A stretch of DNA of 64,000 nucleotides from Chrysomallon squamiferum (GCA_012295275.1 CM022665.1:2232001-2296000), one strand, 5' to 3'; positions 1-11,502 are shown, numbered from the stretch's first letter. The notes: generated from the letters alone by a model not told the origin. Numbers and translations: made by a program.

Positions 1-333
1 CAATGTCCCATTCAGAATTAGATTCATTGTAAAGGGACTGTATCTTGGTGACTACTCCTAGTTATTCGTGTTCAAGCTTCAGATTTTCATCTGTATCTCT
101 CAAAACGTTCCCTGTAACTAATAATATCTGTCTACCCATCTATCCAACCACACACACATACATATAAAACTAACACATAAAATGATGTGGACTTAAAACA
201 CATTAAAATAAAACCAGATCTTGAGTGATCTGTGCATACGCTGCCCCTTCCCCACGGAAAACCTATATCAGCGCACATTGATTAAAAACTTGGTTTCGAT
301 ATCATCCATAGGACAGGAGACAGACTCATTTTA
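1..333 (+). repeat. Segmental duplication block A, copy 1 (partner 6868-7201)
   Basis: Near-identical, read by eye from caatgtcc..ttcag..ttagattcatt to gactcattttaat. Confidence 0.9.
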
Positions 334-354
334 ATTTAAAAAATAATAATAATC

Positions 355-955
355 AATAAATAAATAAATCAAATAATGAATGAATGAATGAATGAATACA
401 AATTAATTCAAAAAAGCAAAATACGAAATCCCCAAATCCCCCCCTTCAAAACTCCCCAAAAGAACGTTGAGGTATTGACATTTTCCAGTTCTGTTTAACA
501 CATAAATTTTCAAATATTATAAATAATATTGGTAGTATTTAAAATAAATAAATTAATAATTAAAAAAAATTAAATTAAATTAAATAACCACCGGAAAACC
601 CGATTTCTATAATTAACTATTTAGTTACGATAACAGTGTTGTTGTTTACGTTAGTGACCTAATCTTACAGCAACGATTATGTTCGATATACGTAACAATT
701 GTGAGTCATCAAGTGGAAAACCCACAATACTCAAAATAAAAACAAGTCATCTGGCCATCTTCCAAGTCATGATCTGTATGATAAAATTAATAAGTTTTAG
801 CTAATTTATCAGACAAGTCAGAGCAAGTTTCTATCTCACTCTCTTTATTTATTTATTTAGTTATTTATTATTTTTAATGGGTTTTTTCTTTCTTTCTTTT
901 CTTGTTTTAGTGTTTTTTTGGTAGGTTTTTTTTTTTAGTTTTTTCCCTCTCATAT
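355..955 (+). repeat. Segmental duplication block B, copy 1 (partner about 7790-8370)
   Basis: Shared run from aaatcaaataatgaatgaatg through gcaagtttctatctcactctctttattt to tttttccctctc; ends approximate. Confidence 0.85.
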
Positions 956-2301
956 TTATTTATTTATTTATTTATTATTTGGTAAAGCAGGCGACACGAA
1001 ATAAATAAATTGGGAGAATGGGGGAACTTTGGTTCATAATAAAATATATGTTATATGTAAAATAAAATTATATTCACAATTAATCAGTCAATGTATAGAT
1101 AGTAACACACGCACACGCACACACGCAAACTTTAAAGCTAAGACATAAAACGACTGTGGATTGAAAATACATTAAAATAAATTTCATGTCTCAGATCTTG
1201 ATGATCCTTGAATACAATGCCCCTTCCCCACGGAAAACCTCTATTCTGAGTGGCTAATTTAACATACGTTGTATATACACACACGCACACACAAACACTA
1301 ATATACATATTCTCTGAAATATACATGTGTAATTATATATAAATACTGTCAACAACTGTCATATACGTGTATAAAAAATATACATCAGGTATGTAGCTAC
1401 ATTAAATACAATAAAACAAAACACTCGTTTCTATTTCGTCGATCAGTAATGGAACTTAATAACGTTAATGTTCCTTAATTGTAGTTTCTAGAAATTTATC
1501 TTCAGTTGTTTAGCCTGATTTTCAGACTCTACGAAACTGTAGACCTACAAAAAGTCGATTTACAATAACAAAAATAATTTAAAAAAAAAGAAAGAAAAAA
1601 GCCTTCTCTGAATATAAATAATTAGCTTTTTTAAGAGCGAAAATGTATATTTATGTTGAAACGTTTCCACTGATTTATTGCCATTTTACATTTATCAATA
1701 TTATATAACGCTAAATAAATTTACCTCACAGGTAATGTTCGTCTAGAATCTAGACTCTAGATGCTTGGATGCATACAGAACACAAAACGTTATTTGAAAC
1801 TAATGAAAAGCAAAAATTCTAATCGTACATTAAGACATGATCACTGATTTATAAAACTGATTCCTTCTTCTTTCACACAATGAAGAAATACAACAACTTT
1901 CAGTCTCACTAAAATATTCAAATACAGATGTGGTAAGACCTTAAGCTAGTTATTTAAATTTATTTATTTATTGCTGTTTATATATTAATAAAATCTGAGA
2001 AACAGAAGTCTAAAGTCTTATGTTGGTCAGTCGACGTTGGTTTTGAAAGTTATCCCCACTGACAAAATGATCTGCTTATGCCTGTTCACTTATATTTGCT
2101 ATGCACACTGAAAATAGTTTCGGATTTAAACACGGTTTTAGTAATTGTGAAATGAACAAGAAAAATGAATACTATAATGAACAGGTTAGAAGTAGATTTA
2201 TGTGGATTTAAAAATGTTAACATTTAAGCTTATTTTTTGAATGATATCGTGTCTCACCTGTGCGTGTCTCACCTGTGCGTATCTCTTGACCAATGTTACA
2301 G

Positions 2302-2582
2302 GTATGTGTGAGGCTGGCACTGTTTGGAGTGACGCAAACAACGTTTGTCAATCTGAAACAACCATTTTCTCGTCCACTCCAGCAAACAGTAATACGTTGG
2401 ATGCTTCAACGACGACAACACCGTTAATACCGGATTGCTCAGAAGACGACGATACATATTACCCGGGAGAGAAATGTGACAGCTTTTACCACTGTGATCA
2501 GGGAAATGCTGTGACATTGTCATGTGGTCCAGGCACTATTTGGAATCAGAGTTCTAAAGTCTGTGTTACGGGAAGCTGCTGA
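2302..2582 (+). CDS. Terminal coding exon of a chitin-binding type-2 (CBM14/peritrophin-A) protein; upstream exons not identified in the window
   Basis: Acceptor ttacag at 2296-2301. Encodes the end of one CBM14 repeat (MCEAGTVWSDANNVC), a Ser/Thr/Pro linker, then a six-Cys repeat CSEDDDTYYPGEKCDSFYHCDQGNAVTLSCGPGTIWNQSSKVCVTGSC. TGA at 2580-2582; AATAAA signals follow near 2658, 2686 and 2723. Confidence 0.8.
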
Positions 2583-3469
2583 AAACAATGAATTGAGAAT
2601 ACTCTGATGTTTCATAATCTCATCTGCGACATTTTAATAATTAAAAACATTTGCACAAATAAATCTCTTTCAAGGATACTGTCAACAATAAATGATACTT
2701 AGAAAATGTAAAGTGTCAGTGAAATAAATGTTTCGGCTAATACAGATTAGAAAGCGGTATTTGTTATTAATTGATATATTTTGACTTTTGAGTTGTACGA
2801 TGTCGCCATCATTTGTCTTTGAAAAACAGTCTGTTCTCGATTCTATTACTAAAGAGTTTAATTTTTAAAATCATTCACATGAAAATTAAGACTCGTTCAT
2901 AACTTTCACAGTAAAAAATAAAAAATAAAAATAAAATGTAAATAGAAATAAAGTGGCCATATTAGTCTCGATCGATACTATCTGCAGTTCATTTATTTGG
3001 GTATTGTGTTTTCTGAATGTTAAATATTTTTAGCTGATCACACATTTACCCTAGAGCTCTTCAGGAACACATCTCGCTTTTGTTAACTGTTAAGGCCTGT
3101 CTCCGGAAAACGTTACTGCGTGCAGTTTTATGTTTATCTCGAGCAGTGATTCTTACGTGGTTTACAGAGCTGTAAAACCATTTCTAACTAATTATATTCT
3201 AATCTGAAATGTATTTCTGTACCCTTACATCAGCAAATAATTGTGTCAAATAAAATTTAAAATAAATTGATGAAAGGATAAAGAATTTCCCGGACTTCTG
3301 CGATTGGTACAATTAATAAGTGAACACTGGTCATGGCCTCCTATTACAGCATGGTTGCCTTTGCCCAAACAACTCCGTTTGCAACGAGGTCTATTCTGGC
3401 GAGATCTCGTGATAGGCGTCCTCGAATTACCCAGCAGTGGTCACGTGTGCAGTGGAATGCGAATCTCTA

Positions 3470-3571
3470 TTGTGAGTCGTCAAGTGGAAAGTCCACAATA
3501 CCCAAAATAAAAATTAATCATCTGGCCATCTTCCAAGTCTGACTTTCTTTCTTTCTTTCTTTCTTTATTTC

Positions 3572-3632
<61 letters not shown>

Positions 3633-3930
3633 TAATGTATTCTTTTATTTCTTTTCTTGTATATTTTTTTCTTGAATATTTATTTATTTATTTGGTAAAG
3701 CAGGAGGCACGAAAATAAAATTATATTCACAATTAATCAGTCAACATATAGACATACACACACATACACACACACACACATATAAAGCTAACACATATAA
3801 AACGAACACATAAAATGATGTGGACTTAAAATACATTAAAATAAAACTAGATCTTTGGTGATCTGTGCATACCCTGCCCCTTCCCCACGGAAAACCTATA
3901 TCAGTGCATTTTGATTAAAAACTTGGTTTC
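3470..3930 (+). repeat. Upstream module of paralog 1, duplicated at about 699-1240 and in part at 177-300, 7043-7165 and 8122-8190
   Basis: Same ordered sub-blocks: ttgtgagtc.tcaagtggaaa..ccacaata..catctggccatcttccaagtc, ggtaaagcagg..cacgaaa, aattatattcacaattaatcagtcaa, tgtgga.tt.aaa.tacattaaaataaa..gccccttccccacggaaaacct. Confidence 0.8.
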
Positions 3931-4056
3931 GATGCCATTCGTAGTGAACTCATTATAATGATACTTATTTCATTATAAAAATTATATTCATCACAGTATG
4001 ACATCGTATCTATATTTTTTCTAGCATTTTCCAATCGCCTTTCTCATTTTAATAAT

Positions 4057-4093
<37 letters not shown>

Positions 4094-4112
4094 CTTTCCA
4101 AAGTTCAAGCAC

Positions 4113-4178
4113 GAAAGAAAGCGAAAGTGGGGAAGTTTGTCATATCGCAACTGGAAATTCCACGTACAAATGACGTGG
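4113..4178 (+). promoter_or_regulatory. Motif cluster upstream of UBL-RBR paralog 1 (ISRE-like, kB-like, CRE/UPRE-like)
   Basis: GAAAGCGAAAGT 4117-4128, GGGGAAGTTT from 4129, GGAAATTCC 4153-4161 and TGACGTGG 4171-4178, all within about 160 bp of the ATG and just after a poly-T tract. Confidence 0.5.
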
Positions 4179-4273
4179 CAAAGAAATTCTTTTTAAAACA
4201 ACGATCGTACCTCGTTTTATTCATTTCGCGTGTTACTTTTTGCAAGTAGGAAGGGTAAAGCAAACGGAGTACA

Positions 4274-4910
4274 ATGTCTGACGAGTTGTCTAATACATAC
4301 AATGTGTTTGTTAAAGGGATAGAGGGAAAGACGAGAACATTACAAATCCATAAGGTCTGTTTAATTTTTATTTACACCTACTGCAGGATTTTAGAGATGG
4401 GAAGTGCGATGTTTGTTGAAATTTTGTTTTATATTTATTTTATTTACATACATGTATGTGTGTATGTATGAGCGTATATTACGTGGAGAGAACTGGGAGA
4501 GATTGTTGTTTCATTTGGTAATTATTTTTTTGTTTTATCAAATTTCTTTTTTTATTCTTCTACTTTTTTTTTTTTTTTTTTTTTCTCCTTACTGGTGACG
4601 GAAAAGAATTTTGCATAACATAATACTTGATATTATTCTTGAATAACTGAAAGATTTATTTATCAAACATTTTATATTTTATTCATTTGCATTTTCTTTT
4701 ATTTCAATTACAGTAATTTTATAATTTATTTAATAATATTATTATCTATTTATTTATTTATTTACTTTTTTAAATAATAAGGACGCCACGGTTGACGAAC
4801 TTATGCAGAAGATATCAAAAAAAATAAAGATTCCAGTCCATGAGCTGAGAATTCTTTATACAAGTAAGAATATAAACCAAGAGAATATATACAAATATGT
4901 CACAATGCCA

Positions 4911-4965
<55 letters not shown>

Positions 4966-6328
4966 ATAGTTATATTTTATTTCAGAAACCCTTCTTACCT
5001 AAAACATAACTCGCTCCTGTTGTATTACTTTTTTTAATTTTTTATTACTCGTTGTTTGGGATTACAATTATCATTATTTCTCTTCATGCTGTTGTTGTTG
5101 TTGTTTTTGTATTGATGTTGTTGTAGTGATGATGGTTGTGACGTTAGTGACGTTGGTGCTGAATATTTTGAATTTAATTCTTTATTTGGATTCTGAATAA
5201 CCACGTGTTGATTTTCTTGTCTGTTTACTACTAGCGAAACAGCTTGAATACGGAAGTAACAAGTATCTATCAGATTACAAAATGCAGAACAATTCAACGG
5301 TATATTTAGTGTTGAGGCAGCCAGGAGGCTCTGGAGAAGATTACTCGCTTAAACAGCTGGACGAAGACGCACCACGGTCTGATGAGCCAGATATGATTAC
5401 ACTGGACGACGATCCCAATAATGAACGAGCACAGATGCCATGTGGCCATGCCATCGGTAAGAAACGAAAATAACAGATTTGTGGTTTTACACAATGATGA
5501 TGATGATGATGATGATGATTATAAACGATTATGTAAATAATAATATTTATGACGATGATGATACGTCTCTTTATTCTTACCTGTTCATTCAGATTATGAT
5601 ATTTTTCTATTTGTTTGGTTAGAACAGCTAAAACTGTCACTCACACATTATACACTTTTCATTAATATTTGTCATTCGTCTTTATAGGCCCAGAATCCTT
5701 AACAGCATTTTGCCGAAGTCTCCTTGATGCTGGAAAGTTCCAGTTTCTATGTCCTTACAGAAACAACAATGAATACTGCGGCAAAGAATGGCCTTTCTTC
5801 ATTGTTAGGCGCCTGGCAGTTTTGACCGAAGGAGAAATTATCACATTTGAAAGGAAACTCTGTGAAAACTACATTCGCAAAGCAGTGGGGATTCAGGAAT
5901 GTCCACGGTGTCATTGCCTTTGCGAGCGAATCGACAAAACCAACCGCCGAGTCATCTGCACGTTTTGCTCCAGAAAGGGAACTCGTTTTGAATTCTGCTG
6001 GTCATGCCTGCATGAGTGGACCGGGAGTGGAATAGATGCATGTGGCAACGATGAATGCTCTGGAGAAGATCCCCGTCTGAGCATTCTTCGCAAAGCATCG
6101 AAGAAAACTATCGTTGGTGTGGCTAACTGTCCCTCGTGTCGAGCCTGCCCATCCTGCGGAATGATAATAGAGCACACGAAAGCCTGCAAACATATGGTAT
6201 GTCCATGTGGCCAGAAGTTCTGCTTCATCTGTTTGAAAAAGGCTGATGAAGATGGTCGGTATCAGTGTGGATCCTTCAATACGCCTTGTTCTGTTGCTGC
6301 AGTCCAAGAGTCAATACCAGGCTGTTAA
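4274..6328 (+). CDS. Ubiquitin-like domain-RBR (RING1-IBR-RING2) E3 ligase, paralog 1, 341 aa
   Basis: Exons 4274-4354, 4782-4863, 5235-5456, 5688-6328 with GT-AG introns sum to 1026 nt in one open frame. The N-terminus has a ubiquitin-like pattern (VFVKGIEGKTRTLQI..DATVDEL..IPVHELRILYTTKQLE..LSDYKMQNNSTVYLVLRQPGG). IBR-like CPRC..CTFC..FCWSC and RING2 CPSCGMIIEHTKACKHMVCPCGQKFCFIC follow; the predicted catalytic Cys codon is 6185-6187. Confidence 0.9.
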
Positions 6329-6867
6329 CATCGAGTACATAGCTCAACATTTGACTTTCGATCCACGAACTTGTAGAAATTGTTTTTACTAACAAATTAA
6401 ATTCATTTATGACACTTTTATAATAATAATAATAATAATAATTATAATAATTATAATGTTTATTACTATGATGATTTATTAAAAGTAAATAACTTAAGAT
6501 AAAGGTATAGTATGTAGAAATATTGGTGTATAGCAAGTTCACTTACTTATATCGTTGATTCTTTAGTTTTCTGAATGCTTATTTCTTGTTTCAAATAAAA
6601 ATAGATAAATCAATAACATGGACTTTTCGTTTTTAAATTACAAAAAGCAGGATTTATTTTTAATGGAACTGACGTCAGAGGTTCATTGGTTACACTTCTA
6701 GTCAGACGTCGTGTTAGTTTTGTAACCGCAGTAGAAAATAATCGACTCTTTTCCACTAATGGGATACGTGTTTTACTGAAAGAAAAGTACAGCTGAACAG
6801 TGACTTGTTCTAAATGATTCTAACACATGGCTGATTTGACATACGTTGCAGAAAATTAGCTTGTGTA

Positions 6868-7201
6868 CAATGTCCGATTCAGCATTAGATTCATTCTAAA
6901 GGGACTGTATCTTGGTGACTACTCCTAGTTATTCGTGTTCAAGCTTCAGATCTTCATCTGTATCTCTCAAAACGTTCCCTGCAACTAATACTATCTGTCT
7001 ACCCATCTATCCAACCACACACACAACATATAAAACTAACACATAAAATGATGTGGACTTAAAATACATTAAAATAAAACTAGATCTTGGGTGATCTGTA
7101 CATACGCTGCCCCTTCCCCACGGAAAACCTATATCAGTGCACATTGATTAAAGACTTGGTTTCAATGTCATCCATAGGGCAGGAGATAGACTCATTTTAA
7201 T
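6868..7201 (+). repeat. Segmental duplication block A, copy 2
   Basis: Matches 1-333 with scattered substitutions. Confidence 0.9.
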
Positions 7202-9003
7202 AAAAAAAAGTTTTAATTTTGGCGTATGAATACATTGCATAGTCATATTATATTAGTACAGTAATAATTCGATAAAAGTACACTGAACAGAAACACTATC
7301 AAATTAGGAGAAGAAATAAACTATTTTAGAAAATGTTACATTTACATCAAATTATGCTGGAACTTTTGTAAATACATTATTTTTCAAAACAAAAAAAAAG
7401 AAGGAAAAAGCCAATAAGTATCAACTGAACTAATCAATATATGGATGGACACCACAAAATATTTTATAATTAATGCTAGAGTTAAACTAATGTTTGTTGT
7501 TGCTTGTCATGGGGCCCAGCACATAAGAGGTGTTAGTTTCAAGTGCTAACGACTCTATTAAAATATGACTCGTTTCTTGTCTAGGGTTTGCGTCTTTGGT
7601 CGACCCGCTGTCTGTGAAATTAACAAACTGTGACGATTGATTAAAATAGATACACATATTTGCATGTACTACAGATATAAACTATATGTAATATCAAGTA
7701 TTCACTATGAATACCAAAACAAAACACAATATTTATATTACAAAGATAATTATTTATTTTACACATGTATAATAAGTAAATAAATAAATAAAAAATCAAA
7801 TTAAATCAAATAATGAATGAATGAATGAATGAATACAAATTAATTCAAAAATGCAAAATACGAAATCCCCAAATCCCCTCCATCAAAACTCCCCAAAAGA
7901 ATGTTGAGGTTTAACACATAAATTATTAAATATTATAAAAAATATTGGTAGTATTTAAAATAAATAAATTAATAAGAAAAAAGAAAAAAAGAAAAAAGAA
8001 ATTAAAAAAAGAACGGAAAAACCCGATTTCTGTAATTAACTATTTAGTGATGATAACAGTGTTGTTGTTTACGTTAGTGACGTAATCTTACAGCAACGAT
8101 TCTGTTCGATATACGTAACAATTGTGAGTCATCAAGTGGAAAACCCACAATAAACAAAATAAAAACAAGTCATCTGGCCATCTTCCAAGTCATGATCTAT
8201 ATAATAAAATGAATAAGTTTTAGCTTAATTTATCAGACAAGTCAGAGCAAGTTTCTATCTCACTCTCTTTATTTATTTATTTATTTATTTATTATTTTTA
8301 ATGTATTCTTTTCCTCTTTTAGTGGGGTTTTTTTTTGGGGGGGGATTTGGTGTTTTTTCCCTCTCGTATTGATTAAAGACTTGGTTTCAATGTCATCCAT
8401 AGGGCAGGAGATAGACTCATTTTAATAAAAAAAAAGTTTTAATTTTGGCGTATGAATACATTTTATAGTCATATTATATTAGTACAGTAATAATTCGATA
8501 AAAGTACACTGAACAGAAACACTATCAAATTAGGAGAAGAAATAAACTATTTTAGAAAATGTTACATTTACATCAAATTATGCTGGAACTTTTGTAAATA
8601 CATTATTTTTCCAAAAAAAAAAAAAAAAAAAAAGAAGGAAAAAGCCAATAAGTATCAATTGAACTAATCAATATATGGATGGACACCACAAAATATTTTA
8701 TAATTAATGCTAGAGTTAAACTAATGTTTGTTGTTGCTTGTCATGGGGCCCAGCACATAAGAGGTGTTAGTTTAAAGTGCTAACGACTCTATTATAATAT
8801 GACTCGTTTCTTGTCTAGGGTTTGCGTCTTTGGTCGACCCGCTGTCTGTGAAATTAACAAACTGTGACGATTGATTATAATAGATACACATATTTGCACA
8901 TACTACAGATATAAACTATATGTAATATCAAGTATCCACTATGAACACCAAAACAAAACACAATATTTATATTACAAAGATAATCATTTATTTTACACAT
9001 GTA
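7143..9003 (+). repeat. Direct duplication block C (about 7143-7770 and 8368-9003) enclosing block B copy 2
   Basis: Two almost identical copies of about 630 bp, from attgattaaagacttggtttcaatgtc to tttacacatgtat. Confidence 0.9.
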
Positions 9004-10853
9004 TACTTATTATTTAGTGCTTGAGGACGTGGGAGTTGGCGTTAAATGAAATACTACAATTCTTAATTCTTTTAATTTTCCCTACAAGGTTTTGTTAGAA
9101 ATAAATATATAATTCAAACTCTCTGTGGAGCATATACAGGTTACATAAAATTGATCAACAAATCAAACAGAGCCTACAGAAACAGGATAACCATTTGTCC
9201 CTGCTTCAAACAAAGACAACCCAAAATACAATTACCGACATAGTTGTCTAATAATGGACGCCAACTCCTCGTCCCACCCGTGTTTTCTCTTTGTTCTCTG
9301 TGGTATGGTATGGTAACTCTTTTTACGTGCTCACGTCCAGTTCAAGGTTCAGGCACGCCTATCACGGATCCGATCTCTGGGATCGCCAGGGATGGGTTCC
9401 GTGACAGGAGAGGGGAAGGGGAAGGGGAAGGGGAAGGGGGTGGTGCATTTGAAGTGGGCAATTTGGATTAAACCTTACGTGGTTTTTAGTTCTTTGTTCT
9501 CTGTGGTCTCTCTGTGACTGTGGGTCTTTTACTTAAATAAACACGTCGCGGACTTCCATGAAGTCAGCAGAGCGGAGCTGACAAAAATTCCTTTTGTCTC
9601 TCGCTAATGACTGTTAATTTTTAGGTGATTTCAGTAATTGGGTTACTGTTAACTAACAGTAGATATTTAATTAATACATATTGTTAGGAATATTTGTAGA
9701 AATGAATGGTTAACATATTTACTTACTTTAAGGTTAATTACGAGATGTTAAACTATATTAAAGTAAGTCATTTAGGTAAATATTAAATATGTTACCGACA
9801 TTTTCAAAAACTGTACCTTAAAAGTACAACAACATAAAATATTATAATAAGTAACAAAAAAAAAAAAAAATATAGCTACCAGCGAATTCTACAAGTAGGT
9901 ACAAACTAAACTGCAATTCGTGGCTTAGTAAATAAGTTAGGACCAATTTGCTACGTTAAAGAAACACAGAAAACAGTACATCTAAATATCACTGAGAAAA
10001 CTTTCCCAGCTTGAACAAGGCCCCACTAGGGTATGGCTAAGAGCCCCATTACGTAAGATAAAAACCATGGTTTGACGTCATATTGCTGTTGTTTGTTAGT
10101 GTTATTTAGACAGTAACAGATGGCCATACCAGAGCCTTCGATTTTAAATTTATATATATATATGTATATATATATAAGAAAAATATTAAAAATGAACTAT
10201 GTTGAGTATTATTAAATATATTTGCAGTGCTTATTAGTTTATAACCCAGTTATACTGAAATTAAATTGATTGCGTAACTGAAGAGTGAGAGACAAGTGAT
10301 AAGTGAAAAGAAAGTTATAAATTCTGTTAGTTACATCCAGTCACCTGATACTTCGGTTGTTTATACACTAGAAAATCAGTTTTGTATTTAATATTCTTAA
10401 TCCAAAGTGATGAAGATAACTGTTCAGAGGAATATGACGAGATAGCCTTCAACTTATTAAATTTTTAGATTTTAATTTTATTTATTCTATGTATGTGTGT
10501 GTGTGTGTGTTTTAAAATGTGGAGAAACTAAATCTGAATTTCAGCATTTATGTTTTCCCTTTTTTTTATATAAACAAATAATAAAAATATTTTAAATTGA
10601 ATGTTTTTATTACAGCTGATAAATTGCTTAGCAGTATAATTTAGTAGCTGTCCTTACTTTTCAAAATAAATAGTCACGAAAAGGTCAGTTCCAGAACAGG
10701 CAGAAATATGCACAGGTAAATTATTTGTCTGTGTGTGTGTGTGTGTGTGAGTGACAGAGAGAGAGTACGTTTCACCTGATTTACATAGACAGACAGACAA
10801 AAGTCATATAAATAGATATTGTTTCTTGTTTTTGTGGCAATTGTTACTTTCAC

Positions 10854-11447
10854 TCATCCTTTTATTGATGACAGAGCACTTTGTTCAGCTTTTGAAATGT
10901 AAATTGAATTGAAATGTGTGTACTCATTCAGCAGATCATGGTCGAACGAGTTTTCCACTTCTGGTTTTATCAGAAGTGAAAACAGAGCACGAAGAATTTG
11001 TTCCACATTGTTGGTGGCTTGCCAATTATCCGTGGACAAAAATCCCAAACAGACTTGACCACAGCTCTGGCTGACATTCAGGTGATAGATGGACGTAATA
11101 AAATGTATCTGAAATTGTGATTGGTCAAAATTTTAAATACGAACAATGAAAAATTGTGTGTGTGTGTGTGTGTAAGGTTGTAAACACAAAGGTTTTTCGG
11201 GGTTATTATTTCTTTATATGACTTTTGTTTCCTTTTACCTGATAATCACATCATGATTATTAAAATATTATTATTTCAAAAGAAAGGTGATATTACAGTT
11301 TTCATTGAAATCCTAACTATTCTAAATTATATGCGGTCAAACTTACCAGTGGTGGCTCCATAGGATATCCATCACTGAAACAAACAGCTCAGGAAACTTC
11401 TAAATCATAAAATATGTTGTACATTTTACACGTTGTATTTAATTTTA

Positions 11448-11502
<55 letters not shown>

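Noticed and set aside
1850-1937. TATA-like box, ATG and gtaag donor as a possible first exon of the chitin-binding gene
   Set aside because: The ATG at 1880 hits a stop after 10 codons, and the later ATG gives a phase incompatible with the 2302 acceptor.
5911-6307. Antisense ORFs over the RBR exons (also 15010-15524)
   Set aside because: Shadow frames of the Cys-rich plus-strand exon; no independent motifs.
9244-9471. 75-aa ORF over the GC-rich island
   Set aside because: Non-ATG start, GE repeats derive from the (GGGGAA)n tract, and there is no splice or domain support.
11347-11400. Apparent in-frame TGA in the E2 gene (EVS*AVCFSDGYP), suggesting a pseudogene or selenocysteine
   Set aside because: The TGA lies within the U12 intron branch region; using exons 11633-11603 and 11374-11347 gives an uninterrupted canonical E2 sequence.
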